A program made the translations under genes and the position numbers. Positions 18,562 to 29,153 of a stretch of 64,000 bases of DNA are shown in pieces. The DNA is from an uncultured delta proteobacterium (GTDB lineage Bacteria > Desulfobacterota > Desulfobaccia > Desulfobaccales > 0-14-0-80-60-11): assembly GCA_963812015.1 (NCBI GenBank), contig CAWETI010000003.1, positions 2,112,001 to 2,176,000 of the forward strand, in the 5' to 3' direction. Each line of letters begins with the position of its first letter. Positions within the stretch are counted from its first letter, which is position 1. The notes below the pieces were generated by a model. That model was not told where the DNA came from, did no database searches, and saw only the letters and a program-made list of their open reading frames with translations.

Positions 18562-20937
18562 ATGCGTCGATGGCTCTGGTGCGCAGCGATTTGTGGATTC
18601 TCGTGCTTATTGATCCTGGGATTACAGTCGCAAGCGCGGGCTCAAGAAGTGGAAGAAAAGGTCAAGGTCTTGGCCCCGGAAGAGGGCCAGAAGGGGGAAC
18701 CCCCGGCTACCGTCCAGACTGAAGGCCAAAAAGCGGAAACTCCGACTCCCGCCCCGGCTCCCAAGGAAAAAGCGGAGGCCCTGGAGAAGATCGTGGTGAC
18801 GGCCACCAGGACCGAGAGGAATCCGGACGACGTCCCGGCCAGCATTACGATCATCACCAAAGATGACATTAAGAAACAGAACATCCAGACGGTGGACGAG
18901 GCCCTGGCCCAGGTCCCCGGGGCCTTCGACCGCCGGGGCAAGGGCTGGCAAGACACCCTGGCTAACGTGAATCTCCGGGGCTTCCCGGGCGATAACCAGA
19001 AACGCACCCTGATCCTCTTGGACGGCCAGAATATCTCCACCGCTTACACCAACAACGTGGTCTGGAACAGCATGCCGGTGGAAAATATCGAGCGCATCGA
19101 AGTGATCCGGGGGCCGTTTTCCGCCCTCTACGGCGGCAGCGCCATGGGCGGGGTCATCAATATCATCACCAAGACCCCCCAGAAACTGGAAATGCTGGCC
19201 CAGGGCAGTTACGGCACCTATGATGCCTGGACCTCTTACCTGGGGGCGGGGGACCGCCTGTGGGATAAAGTGAGCATCCAGGTAGGGTTCAATTCTCGTA
19301 TCACCACCGGCTACCCCACCAGCCTGGTGCAAAAAACGACCGCCGCCTTAGCCACTACGACCAAAACCAATGTGGTGGGCTGGCAGCCTACCTTAACCAC
19401 CACCGGCACCCCCACGAACACCATCGGCAACACCGGCGATAATAACTGGAAGGATTACAGCTTCAACGGCAAAATCAGCTGGGATATCGCCCCGGGCCAT
19501 AAGGTCACCTTCAGCACCCTGCAGAGCTGGTACGACTATGGCTATGCCAGGTACAATTCCTACTTGAACAATTCAGCCACCGGCGCCAGGGTGACTAGTG
19601 GGACCGTGGGCTTGTTCGGCACCAATACGCAGTTCAGCAGTCTCACCCAAGGCGCCTTCTTGAGCGGCGATGGCCAGAATCAAACCCAGGTTTACAACCT
19701 GAATTCCGAACACAAGCTCACGGAGACCACCAAAGTCAAGGTCCATGCCGGCCTGGTGAACCAGCCGGACAACTGGTACACCACGCCCAGTTCCTCCAGC
19801 GCCCTGACGACGTTCGGCGGCGGCCCGGGGACCGTGTCCAGCACTCCCAGTCAGAATTGGGTGGGGGAGGTGCAGGTGGACCAGGCCATCGGACAGAAGC
19901 AGCAGTTGGTGGGCGGCCTCTCCTATAATGCCGGCTGGGCGCGCAACTCGCAATATAACCTGTACGACTGGCGGAGCCCTGGCTCGCATATAAACTTCAG
20001 CTCGCTGGGCGGCGGCCGGGACAGCAATATCGGGGCCTATCTTCAGGACGAAATCGCCTGGCATCCCAAGTTCAATACGGTGCTGGGGGTGCGGTTGGAT
20101 CGGTGGGAGACCTTTGGGGGCAGTTACATGAAAGCCACCGGCACTCCTATTGTGGACCTCCCCAGCCGGGACCAAACTGCGGTCAGCCCCAAGCTCGCCG
20201 CGCTCTACCGCCCCTGGGAGTGGATGACTTGGAAGGCCTCGGTGGGCCGCTCCTTCCGGGCCCCCAATATTTACGAACTCTACGTCACCTGGCAGTCCAG
20301 CACCGGCACCCTGTATAAGAGCAACCCCGATCTTAAACCCGAGACCGCCCTCTCCTGGGAGATCGGCACCACCCTGAAACCCTTTAAAGGGACCACGTTC
20401 ACCGCCACCTATTTTCAAAATTTCGTCAATGACTTGATTTACCGGACTACTGATCCTGCCGATCCAACGGGCAAGACCCAGAACTATTTTAATGCCGCCA
20501 AGGCCCAGATTCGAGGGGTGGAGATAGAAATTAACCAGAAGCTCTGGTCCTGGCTGGAAGTCTTCGGCAACACCACCCTGGTGGACCCCAGGATCAAGGA
20601 AAACCCCTATAATCCGATTTCGGTGGGCAAAAATCTCACCTATACCCCCCGGCAGCAATTCAACTTTGGGGTCACGGCTACATACTGGAAGGTCAAGGCC
20701 AACCTTTCAGGCCGCTATAACAGCCGACTGTCGACCCGGGACGACAACGGCGATTCTGTCTATGGGGTTTACGGCGCCTATGATCCCTTCTTCACCTTGG
20801 ACTCCAAAATAATCTTTAGCCCCGTGAAGTATGTGGACATGTCCTTTGCGGTAGATAACATGCTCAACCGGGAATACTACTACTATTACCGCACTCCCGG
20901 CCGGACCATCTGGACCATGCTGACGCTTAAATATTGA
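18562..20937 (+). CDS. TonB-dependent outer-membrane receptor
   Basis: Signal peptide, TonB box IVVTATR, plug IERIEVIRGPFSALYG…GGVINIIT, NPDLKPE, C-terminal Tyr. Confidence 0.95.
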   Translation: MRRWLWCAAICGFSCLLILGLQSQARAQEVEEKVKVLAPEEGQKGEPPATVQTEGQKAETPTPAPAPKEKAEALEKIVVTATRTERNPDDVPASITIITKDDIKKQNIQTVDEALAQVPGAFDRRGKGWQDTLANVNLRGFPGDNQKRTLILLDGQNISTAYTNNVVWNSMPVENIERIEVIRGPFSALYGGSAMGGVINIITKTPQKLEMLAQGSYGTYDAWTSYLGAGDRLWDKVSIQVGFNSRITTGYPTSLVQKTTAALATTTKTNVVGWQPTLTTTGTPTNTIGNTGDNNWKDYSFNGKISWDIAPGHKVTFSTLQSWYDYGYARYNSYLNNSATGARVTSGTVGLFGTNTQFSSLTQGAFLSGDGQNQTQVYNLNSEHKLTETTKVKVHAGLVNQPDNWYTTPSSSSALTTFGGGPGTVSSTPSQNWVGEVQVDQAIGQKQQLVGGLSYNAGWARNSQYNLYDWRSPGSHINFSSLGGGRDSNIGAYLQDEIAWHPKFNTVLGVRLDRWETFGGSYMKATGTPIVDLPSRDQTAVSPKLAALYRPWEWMTWKASVGRSFRAPNIYELYVTWQSSTGTLYKSNPDLKPETALSWEIGTTLKPFKGTTFTATYFQNFVNDLIYRTTDPADPTGKTQNYFNAAKAQIRGVEIEINQKLWSWLEVFGNTTLVDPRIKENPYNPISVGKNLTYTPRQQFNFGVTATYWKVKANLSGRYNSRLSTRDDNGDSVYGVYGAYDPFFTLDSKIIFSPVKYVDMSFAVDNMLNREYYYYYRTPGRTIWTMLTLKY

Positions 20938-20956
20938 TGGGGGCGGCACACGACTG

Positions 20957-21949
20957 ATGACTGGCAGAAACTTTATAATCTCCCGATGGGCCTGGGTGAT
21001 GGGCGGATTGGTGCTGCTCCTGGGCCTCAGCGGGACCATCCTGGGGACCTCCACCGAGAGGCCCGGCCCGGGGGGAGCCCCGGGGCAAAACCTCTCCCGG
21101 GAAGCCCACCGGGTGGTCCTCTTCGAATGTTACGAAACCGTTGCGGCCCTCCAGGCCTGGGATCGCGTCGTCGGGATTTCCCGCTATGCCTATGACAATG
21201 ACCTCCTGAAGCGGCTGCTGCCCCATCTCCGGCAGATTCCCTCGCCTGGCTCCGGCTTCGACGTCAACCTGGAGGCCTTGCTGGCCGTTAAGCCTGACCT
21301 GGTGGTGACCTGGACGCGCAAGCCGGAAACCCTTGAGCACCTGAAACGCCAGGGAATTCCGGTACTCACGTTTTATCCCGAAAGCCTGGTTGACCTGTAC
21401 CGGGAACTCCAGCAATTGGGCCAGGTGTTAGGCCAGGAGGCTCGGGCCCGGGAGGTAGCGGGCTCCATGGCCCGGAGCCTGGCCGCCCTGCAAGCGCGCC
21501 TGGCCGGGGTGCCGGAAGAATCCTGGCCCCGGGTGGCATGGCTGTGGGGCAAACCCACCACCATCAATGGGAACCGAGGAGTGATGGCCGAGTTGATCCG
21601 GATGGCCGGGGGCCGCAACGTGGGTGCGCATCTGGATAGTTTGAACCAGGAAATCTCCATGGAGACCATCATCGGGCTGTCTCCTCAAGTGCTGGCCATT
21701 TGGGGCTCGGCCTCCTATACCGCCCAGGACCTGCTCCGGGACCCCAAGTGGTCCTCCACCCCGGCAGTACAAAGCCAGCGGGTATTCAAGGCGGCCCGGG
21801 TCTCCACCTGGTCACCCCGGGCGGTGGTGCTGGCCTGGTGGCTGGGTCACTGCTTTCATCCCCAGGTGATTTCCGCGGTCGACTGGCGTCAGGCCGCCGA
21901 CGACATTTACCGGCAGTGTTTCGGGATTCCCTATGAGGAAGGCCCATGA
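20957..21949 (+). CDS. ABC substrate-binding protein (BtuF/FepB-like class III)
   Basis: VVGIS, NLEALLAVKPDLVV, TPAVQSQRV motifs. Confidence 0.88.
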   Translation: MTGRNFIISRWAWVMGGLVLLLGLSGTILGTSTERPGPGGAPGQNLSREAHRVVLFECYETVAALQAWDRVVGISRYAYDNDLLKRLLPHLRQIPSPGSGFDVNLEALLAVKPDLVVTWTRKPETLEHLKRQGIPVLTFYPESLVDLYRELQQLGQVLGQEARAREVAGSMARSLAALQARLAGVPEESWPRVAWLWGKPTTINGNRGVMAELIRMAGGRNVGAHLDSLNQEISMETIIGLSPQVLAIWGSASYTAQDLLRDPKWSSTPAVQSQRVFKAARVSTWSPRAVVLAWWLGHCFHPQVISAVDWRQAADDIYRQCFGIPYEEGP

Positions 21950-22947
21950 GGAGTAACTCCTGGCTCTACTGGGGGTTGATCCTATCGCCCCTGCCAGTGT
22001 TTCTCCTGGCCCTTCAGGTGGGAGCGTATCCCGTCTCCTTGTCCGACCTGTGGCGCCTGCTGGCTCTAACCCCCAGCCAATCGCCTCTGCCGGAGCAGAT
22101 CCGGGCCATCATCGTGGACGTGCGGTTGCCCCGGATTGTCCTGGCCATGCTGGTGGGGCTGTCCCTGTCGGTCTCCGGCGCCACCTTGCAGGCGGTGTTC
22201 CGCAATCCTCTGGTGGACGCCTTCATCCTGGGCCTTTCCGCGGGCGCCGCCTTCGGTTGCGCCGTGACCGTAGCCTGGCTGCCCATGGTGCCCATCCAGG
22301 TAGGGGCCTTTGTCTGCGGTCTGGTTGCCGCGGTGCTGACCTTTACTATGGCTCGCATCCGGGGGGAAGTGCCGACCCTGTCGCTGATTCTGGCCGGCGT
22401 GGTGGTGTCCGCCTTTTTCACCGCCCTGGTCTCCATTATCAAGTTTCTGGTGGACCCCATGAAGCTGGCCAGCATTGTGTTCTGGCTCATGGGTAGCCTG
22501 GCCCTGGCGGACTGGCCTTCGGTTATCAAGGTCCTTCCCTGGATGGCGGCGGGGGTCGCCATTCCCTGGCTGGGGCGCTGGCGCCTTAATGCCCTGTCCA
22601 TGGGGGATGCTGAGGCCAAGGCCCTAGGAGTTGACGTGGCCCGGGAACGGGGTCTATTTATCCTGGCCGCCTCCGTAGCCGTAGCCGCGGCGGTGTCAGT
22701 GAGCGGCATCATCGGCTGGGTGGGACTGATGATCCCCCACATCGTGCGCATGGCGGTGGGGCCGGACCATCGCCGGGTGATACCTCTGTCCATGGCCGCC
22801 GGGGCCAGTTTCCTGGCCCTGTCCGATACCGTGGCCCGCTCTACGGCTTCGGGGGAAATCCCTGTGGGGATTATCACCACTTTGGCCGGCGCCCCCTTTT
22901 TCATCTACCTGATGAAAAAAGGCGGTCAGGATTCCTGGAAGGCATGA
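21946..22947 (+). CDS. FecCD/BtuC-family permease
   Basis: RLPRIV, FRNPLVD, GDAEAKALGV, GIIGWVGLMIPH, EIPVG. Confidence 0.93.
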   Translation: MRSNSWLYWGLILSPLPVFLLALQVGAYPVSLSDLWRLLALTPSQSPLPEQIRAIIVDVRLPRIVLAMLVGLSLSVSGATLQAVFRNPLVDAFILGLSAGAAFGCAVTVAWLPMVPIQVGAFVCGLVAAVLTFTMARIRGEVPTLSLILAGVVVSAFFTALVSIIKFLVDPMKLASIVFWLMGSLALADWPSVIKVLPWMAAGVAIPWLGRWRLNALSMGDAEAKALGVDVARERGLFILAASVAVAAAVSVSGIIGWVGLMIPHIVRMAVGPDHRRVIPLSMAAGASFLALSDTVARSTASGEIPVGIITTLAGAPFFIYLMKKGGQDSWKA

Positions 22948-23711
22948 TCCGGGCCCGCGACCTCCATCTGCGTCTCAACGGGCGAGGCATCCTGAACGGC
23001 GTGAGCCTCGCGGCCCATCCCGGGGAGGTCACGGTGATCGTGGGGCCCAACGGCTCCGGCAAGACCACCCTGATGTTGTGCCTGAGCGGGCAGTTGACGC
23101 CGGACCGGGGGGCCATTACCCTGGCGGACCACAATCTTAATGGCCTCAAACGCCGTACCCTGGCCCGGATATTGGCCACCGTGCCCCAGGAGCACCATCC
23201 CGTATTTCCTTATGCGGTGCGGGAGGTGATCCTCCTGGGCCGGGTCGCCCGGGTGGGTTATTGGTCGCAACCCGGACCCCGAGATCTGGCGGTGGTGGAG
23301 GAAGTTCTCAATCTGCTGCATCTTCAGCTCCTGGCGGACAAGCCCTATACTCACATCAGCGGCGGGGAGCGGCAACTGGTGCTCATCGGTCGGGCGTTAG
23401 CCCAGGAGCCGCAAATCCTCCTGTTGGACGAACCCACTAGCCACCTGGATTTTAAAAACCAGGTGCTGATCCTGAAGCTGATCCGGGAGTTGGCTAAAAA
23501 CCAGGGACTGACGGTGCTGCTCACCCTGCACGACCCCAACCTGGCGCTGCTCTTTGCCGACCGTGTGGCTCTCCTGGATGAGGGGCGGGTGGTGGCTGAG
23601 GGGACTCCCGTCGAGGTCATACACCCTGAGGCAATGGCCTCGCTCTACGGCATCCCGGTGGAAATGCTGGCCCAGGGAGATAAACGACTGCTGTACCCCA
23701 AACTGACATGA
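22944..23711 (+). CDS. ABC ATPase (FepC/BtuD-like)
   Basis: GPNGSGKT, ISGGERQ, LLDEPTSHLD, LHDPN. Confidence 0.93.
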   Translation: MIRARDLHLRLNGRGILNGVSLAAHPGEVTVIVGPNGSGKTTLMLCLSGQLTPDRGAITLADHNLNGLKRRTLARILATVPQEHHPVFPYAVREVILLGRVARVGYWSQPGPRDLAVVEEVLNLLHLQLLADKPYTHISGGERQLVLIGRALAQEPQILLLDEPTSHLDFKNQVLILKLIRELAKNQGLTVLLTLHDPNLALLFADRVALLDEGRVVAEGTPVEVIHPEAMASLYGIPVEMLAQGDKRLLYPKLT

Positions 23712-24541
23712 TCGCCATTTCGAACCTGACCAAGTATTACAGGAGTATCCTGGCCCTGGAAGATCTGACCCTGGAGATCGGGGCGGGGGAAGTCTTCGGG
23801 CTACTGGGTCCCAACGGCGCGGGCAAGACCACCACCATCAAGATCCTCACCGCCCTGGCCTTTCCTACCCGGGGGACCGCCCGGATCGCCGGCTTCGACG
23901 TGGTCAGGGAGCGCCCCCAGCTGAAACCCCTCATCGCCGTTTGCCCTCAAGAGATCAACCTGGACCGGGAACTCACCGCGTTTGAAAACCTCTGGTTTTA
24001 TGGCCGTCTGTTTAAGGTTCCGGAGATCTCCCGCCGCATTATGGAACTCTTGGAATGGGCCCAGTTGGAACAGCGGGCCTATGACCGGGTTAAAGGTTTT
24101 TCCGGCGGCATGCAGCGGCGTTTGTTGATTGCCCGGGCGCTCATGTCCCGCCCCCGGGTGCTCTTCCTGGATGAGCCCACCGTGGGCCTGGACCCCCAGA
24201 TTCGGCGGCAACTGTGGGACATGATCCGGCAACTTCAGGGCGAAGGGATAACGATTCTCCTGACCACCCACTACATCGAGGAAGCCGAATCGCTCTGCGG
24301 CCGGGTAGGCGTCCTTAATAAGGGCCGTCTTATCGCCCTGGATTCCCCCCAAAACCTCACCGCCGGGGTGGGCGGCTATGTGGTGGAATCCGTGAACGGC
24401 GCTCGGCGGTCCTATACCTTAGTGAAAGACCGGGAAGCTGCCTACGCCAGGGCTCAAGAGGAGACCGCGGGCGTGCTTATCCGCCAGGCCAACCTGGAGG
24501 ATGTCTTTATTCAGCTTACGGGGGAGCGCCTGAGCCAATGA
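23708..24541 (+). CDS. ABC-2 exporter ATPase
   Basis: [35 protein letters not shown]. Confidence 0.9.
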   Translation: MIAISNLTKYYRSILALEDLTLEIGAGEVFGLLGPNGAGKTTTIKILTALAFPTRGTARIAGFDVVRERPQLKPLIAVCPQEINLDRELTAFENLWFYGRLFKVPEISRRIMELLEWAQLEQRAYDRVKGFSGGMQRRLLIARALMSRPRVLFLDEPTVGLDPQIRRQLWDMIRQLQGEGITILLTTHYIEEAESLCGRVGVLNKGRLIALDSPQNLTAGVGGYVVESVNGARRSYTLVKDREAAYARAQEETAGVLIRQANLEDVFIQLTGERLSQ

Positions 24542-25284
24542 CCATGAACTGGGCCACCATCTTTTTAAAGGACATGCTCCTGTTTCAGCGGCGGCTGCTC
24601 CGGCTGGGGTATGTGATGTCCACGCTGTTTGCCCCCCTGCTCTATCTGGTGGCCTTCGGTCTGGGGTTGGGCAAGCAGGTGGCCATGCGCAGCGGGGTAA
24701 CCTATCTGGATTTTCTCCTGCCCGGGTTAGTGGCTATGAGTTCCATGACCAACTCCTATACCTGGGTGGCTAACAGCCTGAACATGGGCCGCCTCTACTT
24801 CCGCACCTTTCAGATTTATCTGCAGGCGCCGGTGTCTCCCTGGGAGATCGTCGCCGGCCAGACCCTGGCCGGCATGGTTCGGGGCCTGTTTGCCGCCTCG
24901 GTGATCCTGGGCCTGGGATTGGTCCTGGGGACCCATTTGCATTTCACCCTGTTCTTTGTGCTGGGGCTGCTGCTTAACGGCCTGGTTTTCGCCGCCTTCG
25001 GGGTGGTGGTGGGTCTCAAATCCAAATCCCATGAGGATACCGCCACTTTCACCAATTTTTTCATACTCCCCATGGCTTTTTTCTGCGGCACCTTTTTCCC
25101 TGTGGACTCCATGCCCTGGTGGGCCCAGAAGATCATCTATCTGCTGCCCTTGACCCATACCAACCAGTTGCTGCGGTCGCCTGTCTGGGGTTCGGAAACT
25201 ATGGTTTCTCTGGTCTTGTTGGGTGCAGCCGCCGGTTTCTGCATAGCCCTATCCATCCTGTTCATCCGGAGGTACAGCGAATGA
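24538..25284 (+). CDS. ABC-2 exporter permease
   Basis: YLDFLLPG, PMAFFCGTFFP and LPLTH motifs; about 6 TM segments. Confidence 0.88.
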   Translation: MTMNWATIFLKDMLLFQRRLLRLGYVMSTLFAPLLYLVAFGLGLGKQVAMRSGVTYLDFLLPGLVAMSSMTNSYTWVANSLNMGRLYFRTFQIYLQAPVSPWEIVAGQTLAGMVRGLFAASVILGLGLVLGTHLHFTLFFVLGLLLNGLVFAAFGVVVGLKSKSHEDTATFTNFFILPMAFFCGTFFPVDSMPWWAQKIIYLLPLTHTNQLLRSPVWGSETMVSLVLLGAAAGFCIALSILFIRRYSE

Positions 25285-28200
25285 CGGATTCGCTCATTAA
25301 AGGCGTGGCCATAATGTGGAACGCTTATGTGCCCACTCTGGTCAGCGCAGCCCGGGAATTTCCCTGGATAGATCTGAAGGTCTATTCCCACCGCCTGGTG
25401 GGGGAAAACCCGGAAGTCCTGGACCGGGCCTTGCAAGATATGGAGTCCGCCCAATTTATCCTGCTTTATCGCACTCCTGACGCCTTCTGGGAGAGCGTGG
25501 ACCAGCGACTCAAGCAACTGGCGGACCACGTTCCCCTCATCTCCACCGGCGGTGACCCTTCCCTGTGGACCCTGTCGTCGGTGAATCTTGAGATCGCCGC
25601 CAATGCCTCTAATTACATTATCCGTAACGGCCTGGAGAACTTCCGGCGCCTGCTGGCCTATCTCGGCAAAGAGGTCCTGGGCCGGGAACTGGAGGTTCTG
25701 CCGCCCCAGGAGCTTCCCTGGGAAGGGTTCTATCACCCCCGGGCCCAGGGACATTTTGAGCGTCTGGAAGATTACCTGGCCTGGTACCGGGACCAGGGCT
25801 GGTCCCAAGAGCCCCTGGTGGGGATGATGTTCTCCCGGGGGGATTGGGTCACCCCCAACCTGGAACTGGAAGATTATCTCATCCAAGCCTTGGAGGCTCG
25901 GGGTCTGGGGGTGATCCCGGTGTTCTACTATTCCTTCAAAGACGAGAATCTGGGAAACCGGAGCGGCGAAGAGATCATCCGGGATTATTTCCTGAACCAC
26001 GAGGGCCGCCCCCGGATCGCGGCGCTCATCAAGCTCACTGCCTTTCTCCTGGCCAGCCGGCGGGGCACCGGCCGCGACCCGTCCACGGCCCGCCCTGGCC
26101 AGGCATTATTGGCGCAACTCGACGTGCCGGTGATCCAACCCCTCACCTCGTATTACAAGACCACGGCCCAATGGGAGGCAGACCCCCAGGGGCTGGGGGC
26201 CGAAGTGGGCTGGAGCCTGGCCCTGCCGGAATTCGAGGGGGTCATCGAGCCATTGATGGTGGCCGCAGGGCTCTCCCACGAGGAATTGGGGGCCGAACTC
26301 ATCGCCGGTCGGGGACCCATCCCTAACCGGGCGGATCACCTGGCGGAACGGTTGGCGCGCTGGGTCCGCCTGCGGCAGAAAACCTCGACGGCACGCAAGG
26401 TGGCCATCATCCTGCACAACAACCCTTGCGCCTCGGTGGAGGCCTCGGTGGGGGCCGGGGCCCACCTGGACACTTTGGAAAGCACGGCTCGAATCCTCCA
26501 GACCCTGAAGCGGGCGGGATATGCCATTGAGAATCCCCCCGCGGACGGCAAAGAACTCATCGACACCATCATGGGCCGAAAGGCCATCAGCGAGTTCCGT
26601 TGGACCACGGTGGAGGAAATCATCAGCAAGGGGGGCCACCTGGCCCTGGTGCCGGAAGCTGACTACCGCGCCTGGTTCGGCCTCCTTCCGTCCACCCTGC
26701 AGGCGCGCCTCATCGAAGCCTGGGGCGAGCCCCCCGGCCAGGCCCAAAACGGCATCCCCGCGGCGATGGTCCACCAGGGACAGATCGTGGTCACCGGCGT
26801 GCTTTTTGGGAACGCGGTGGTCTGCGTCCAGCCCAAGCGGGGCTGCGCCGGGGCGCGGTGTGACGGCCGGGTTTGCAAAATCCTCCACGACCCGGATGTG
26901 CCGCCGCCCCACCAATATCTGGCCACTTACCATTATCTGGATAAAGGGTTCGGCGCTGATGTGGTCCTGCACGTGGGCACCCACGGCAACCTGGAGTTTC
27001 TGCCGGGAAAGACCGTGGGGCTGTCCGGGGGTTGCTGCCCCGACGCCGTCCTGGGTCATCTGCCCCATCTTTATATCTACAACGCCGACAACCCGCCGGA
27101 AGGCACCATGGCCAAGCGCCGCAGCTACGGGGTCCTGGTGGACCATATGCAGACGGTGATGACCTCCTCCGGCCTCTATGATGAACTGGGCGAGTTGGAC
27201 CGGCTGCTGGGAGAATACGAGCGTTTGAAGGACTTGGAACCGGGCCGGGCTCACCTGGTGGAGCACCTGATCCTGGAGACCCTGGAGAAGAGCCGCCTCA
27301 ACCAGCAATTGTCCCTGACCCCGGAGATTTCTTTCGATGAGACGGTGCGCCGCATTCATGAGAGCCTGTCGGTGCTGCGCAACACCGCTCTCCCCGATGG
27401 CATGCACATCTTCGGGGAATTGCCCCAGGGGGAACGGCGGGCTGATTTTCTCCACGCCATCCTGCGCTTTCCCGGCGGAGGCCCCTCCTGGCGGCGACTC
27501 CTGGCCCGGTTGCTGAAGCTCAATCTGGAAGACGACGAATCGGGACGGGCCGCGGAGGCCGTGGACCAGGCCGGGCGTACTCTTATCAGCCGTTGGCTGG
27601 CGGCCCCGGAGCAGAACCTTACGTCCTTGATCCGGGAAATCGCTCCGGAAGCGGACCTGGATGCCCTCGAAAGCGACCTGGCCTTCTTCGATACCCGGCT
27701 CCAGGACCTGGTGGACCGGCTGGAGGCTTCCCGGGAGATGGAGGCGCTGCTCCGGGGGTTCGCCGGCGGCTATATCCCCCCCGGACCCTCCGGCCTCATC
27801 ACCCGGGGCCGGGACGACGTCCTGCCCACGGGCCGGAATTTTTACACCCTGGACCCCCAGCGGGTGCCCAGCCGCACCGCCTGGGAGGTGGGGCAGCGCC
27901 TGGGCCAAGCCCTCCTGGACAAATACTTCACCGAAACCGGGGAGTTTCCGGAAAACGTCGCCCTCTTCTGGATGGCCAACGACATCATGTGGGCCGACGG
28001 CGAAGGCATGGCCCAGATTATGTACCTGTTGGGGGTGAAACCCCGCTGGCTAAGCAACGGCCGGGTCCAGGGGTTCGATATCATTCCCTTAAGTGAACTC
28101 AACCGCCCCCGCATCGACGTGACGGTAAGGGTGTCGGGTATCACCCGGGACAATTTCCCCAACTGCGTGGAGTTACTGGATGAAGCCATCCAGGCGGTGG

Positions 28201-29153
28201 CGGCCCTGCCGGAAGACCCCGCCCAAAATTTGGTCCGGCGCCACAGCCTGGAACTCATGGAGAAACTTGGCCACAACCCCGGGGACGGCGCGGCCTGGCG
28301 CCAGGCCACCTATCGCATCTTCGCCAGCAAACCCGGCACCTACTCCGCCGGCACCCAACTGGCGGTGTACGCCTCCGCCTGGCAGGAGGAGACGGACCTG
28401 GCCCAGGTCTTCCTCTACTGGAACAGCTATGCCTACGGCAAAGATGTCTTCGGCGCCGAAGCCGCTCCGTCCCTGGCCCACGCCCTGAGCCACGCCTCGG
28501 TGACCTACAACAAGGCCGTCACCGATGAGTACGATCTGTTCGGCTGCTGTTCTTATTTTGGCAACCACGGCGGCCTCACCGCCGCGGCCCGGCACCTGTC
28601 CGGCAAAGAGGTCAAGACCTATTTCGGCGACACCCGGGACCCGGAACGGGTGACGGTGCGCCATTTGTCCGAGGAAATCCGGCGGGTGGCCCGGGCCAAG
28701 CTCTTGAACCCCAAGTGGATCGACGGCATGAAGAACCACGGCTACAAGGGCGCCGGCGAGATCAGCAAACGGGTGGGGCGGGTCTACGGCTGGGAAGCCA
28801 CCACCCAGGAAGTGGATGACTGGATCTTTGACGATATCACCCGGACCTTCGTCCTCAACCCGGAAAACCGGGAGTTCTTCCAGAAGGAAAATCCCTGGGC
28901 CCTGGAGGAGATCGCCCGGCGCCTGCTGGAGGCCGAGCAGCGGGGTCTCTGGCAGGCCGATCCCGAAGTCCTGGCGGAACTGAAGCAGCTCTACGTGGAG
29001 GTCGAAGGCTGGCTGGAAGAAAATATGGGAGAGGCCGCGGGGGGCCATTTTCAGGGTGGGGCCGTGGACGTGGTCACCGCCGACGAGGTGGAAACCTGGA
29101 AAGCGGCCCTGCACAAGACCCTGGGGACAATCTTCACCGGAGGTAAGAAATGA
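25281..29153 (+). CDS. cobN: CobN/ChlH-family chelatase large subunit
   Basis: [54 protein letters not shown] 25281 overlaps the upstream stop. Confidence 0.92.
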   Translation: MTDSLIKGVAIMWNAYVPTLVSAAREFPWIDLKVYSHRLVGENPEVLDRALQDMESAQFILLYRTPDAFWESVDQRLKQLADHVPLISTGGDPSLWTLSSVNLEIAANASNYIIRNGLENFRRLLAYLGKEVLGRELEVLPPQELPWEGFYHPRAQGHFERLEDYLAWYRDQGWSQEPLVGMMFSRGDWVTPNLELEDYLIQALEARGLGVIPVFYYSFKDENLGNRSGEEIIRDYFLNHEGRPRIAALIKLTAFLLASRRGTGRDPSTARPGQALLAQLDVPVIQPLTSYYKTTAQWEADPQGLGAEVGWSLALPEFEGVIEPLMVAAGLSHEELGAELIAGRGPIPNRADHLAERLARWVRLRQKTSTARKVAIILHNNPCASVEASVGAGAHLDTLESTARILQTLKRAGYAIENPPADGKELIDTIMGRKAISEFRWTTVEEIISKGGHLALVPEADYRAWFGLLPSTLQARLIEAWGEPPGQAQNGIPAAMVHQGQIVVTGVLFGNAVVCVQPKRGCAGARCDGRVCKILHDPDVPPPHQYLATYHYLDKGFGADVVLHVGTHGNLEFLPGKTVGLSGGCCPDAVLGHLPHLYIYNADNPPEGTMAKRRSYGVLVDHMQTVMTSSGLYDELGELDRLLGEYERLKDLEPGRAHLVEHLILETLEKSRLNQQLSLTPEISFDETVRRIHESLSVLRNTALPDGMHIFGELPQGERRADFLHAILRFPGGGPSWRRLLARLLKLNLEDDESGRAAEAVDQAGRTLISRWLAAPEQNLTSLIREIAPEADLDALESDLAFFDTRLQDLVDRLEASREMEALLRGFAGGYIPPGPSGLITRGRDDVLPTGRNFYTLDPQRVPSRTAWEVGQRLGQALLDKYFTETGEFPENVALFWMANDIMWADGEGMAQIMYLLGVKPRWLSNGRVQGFDIIPLSELNRPRIDVTVRVSGITRDNFPNCVELLDEAIQAVAALPEDPAQNLVRRHSLELMEKLGHNPGDGAAWRQATYRIFASKPGTYSAGTQLAVYASAWQEETDLAQVFLYWNSYAYGKDVFGAEAAPSLAHALSHASVTYNKAVTDEYDLFGCCSYFGNHGGLTAAARHLSGKEVKTYFGDTRDPERVTVRHLSEEIRRVARAKLLNPKWIDGMKNHGYKGAGEISKRVGRVYGWEATTQEVDDWIFDDITRTFVLNPENREFFQKENPWALEEIARRLLEAEQRGLWQADPEVLAELKQLYVEVEGWLEENMGEAAGGHFQGGAVDVVTADEVETWKAALHKTLGTIFTGGKK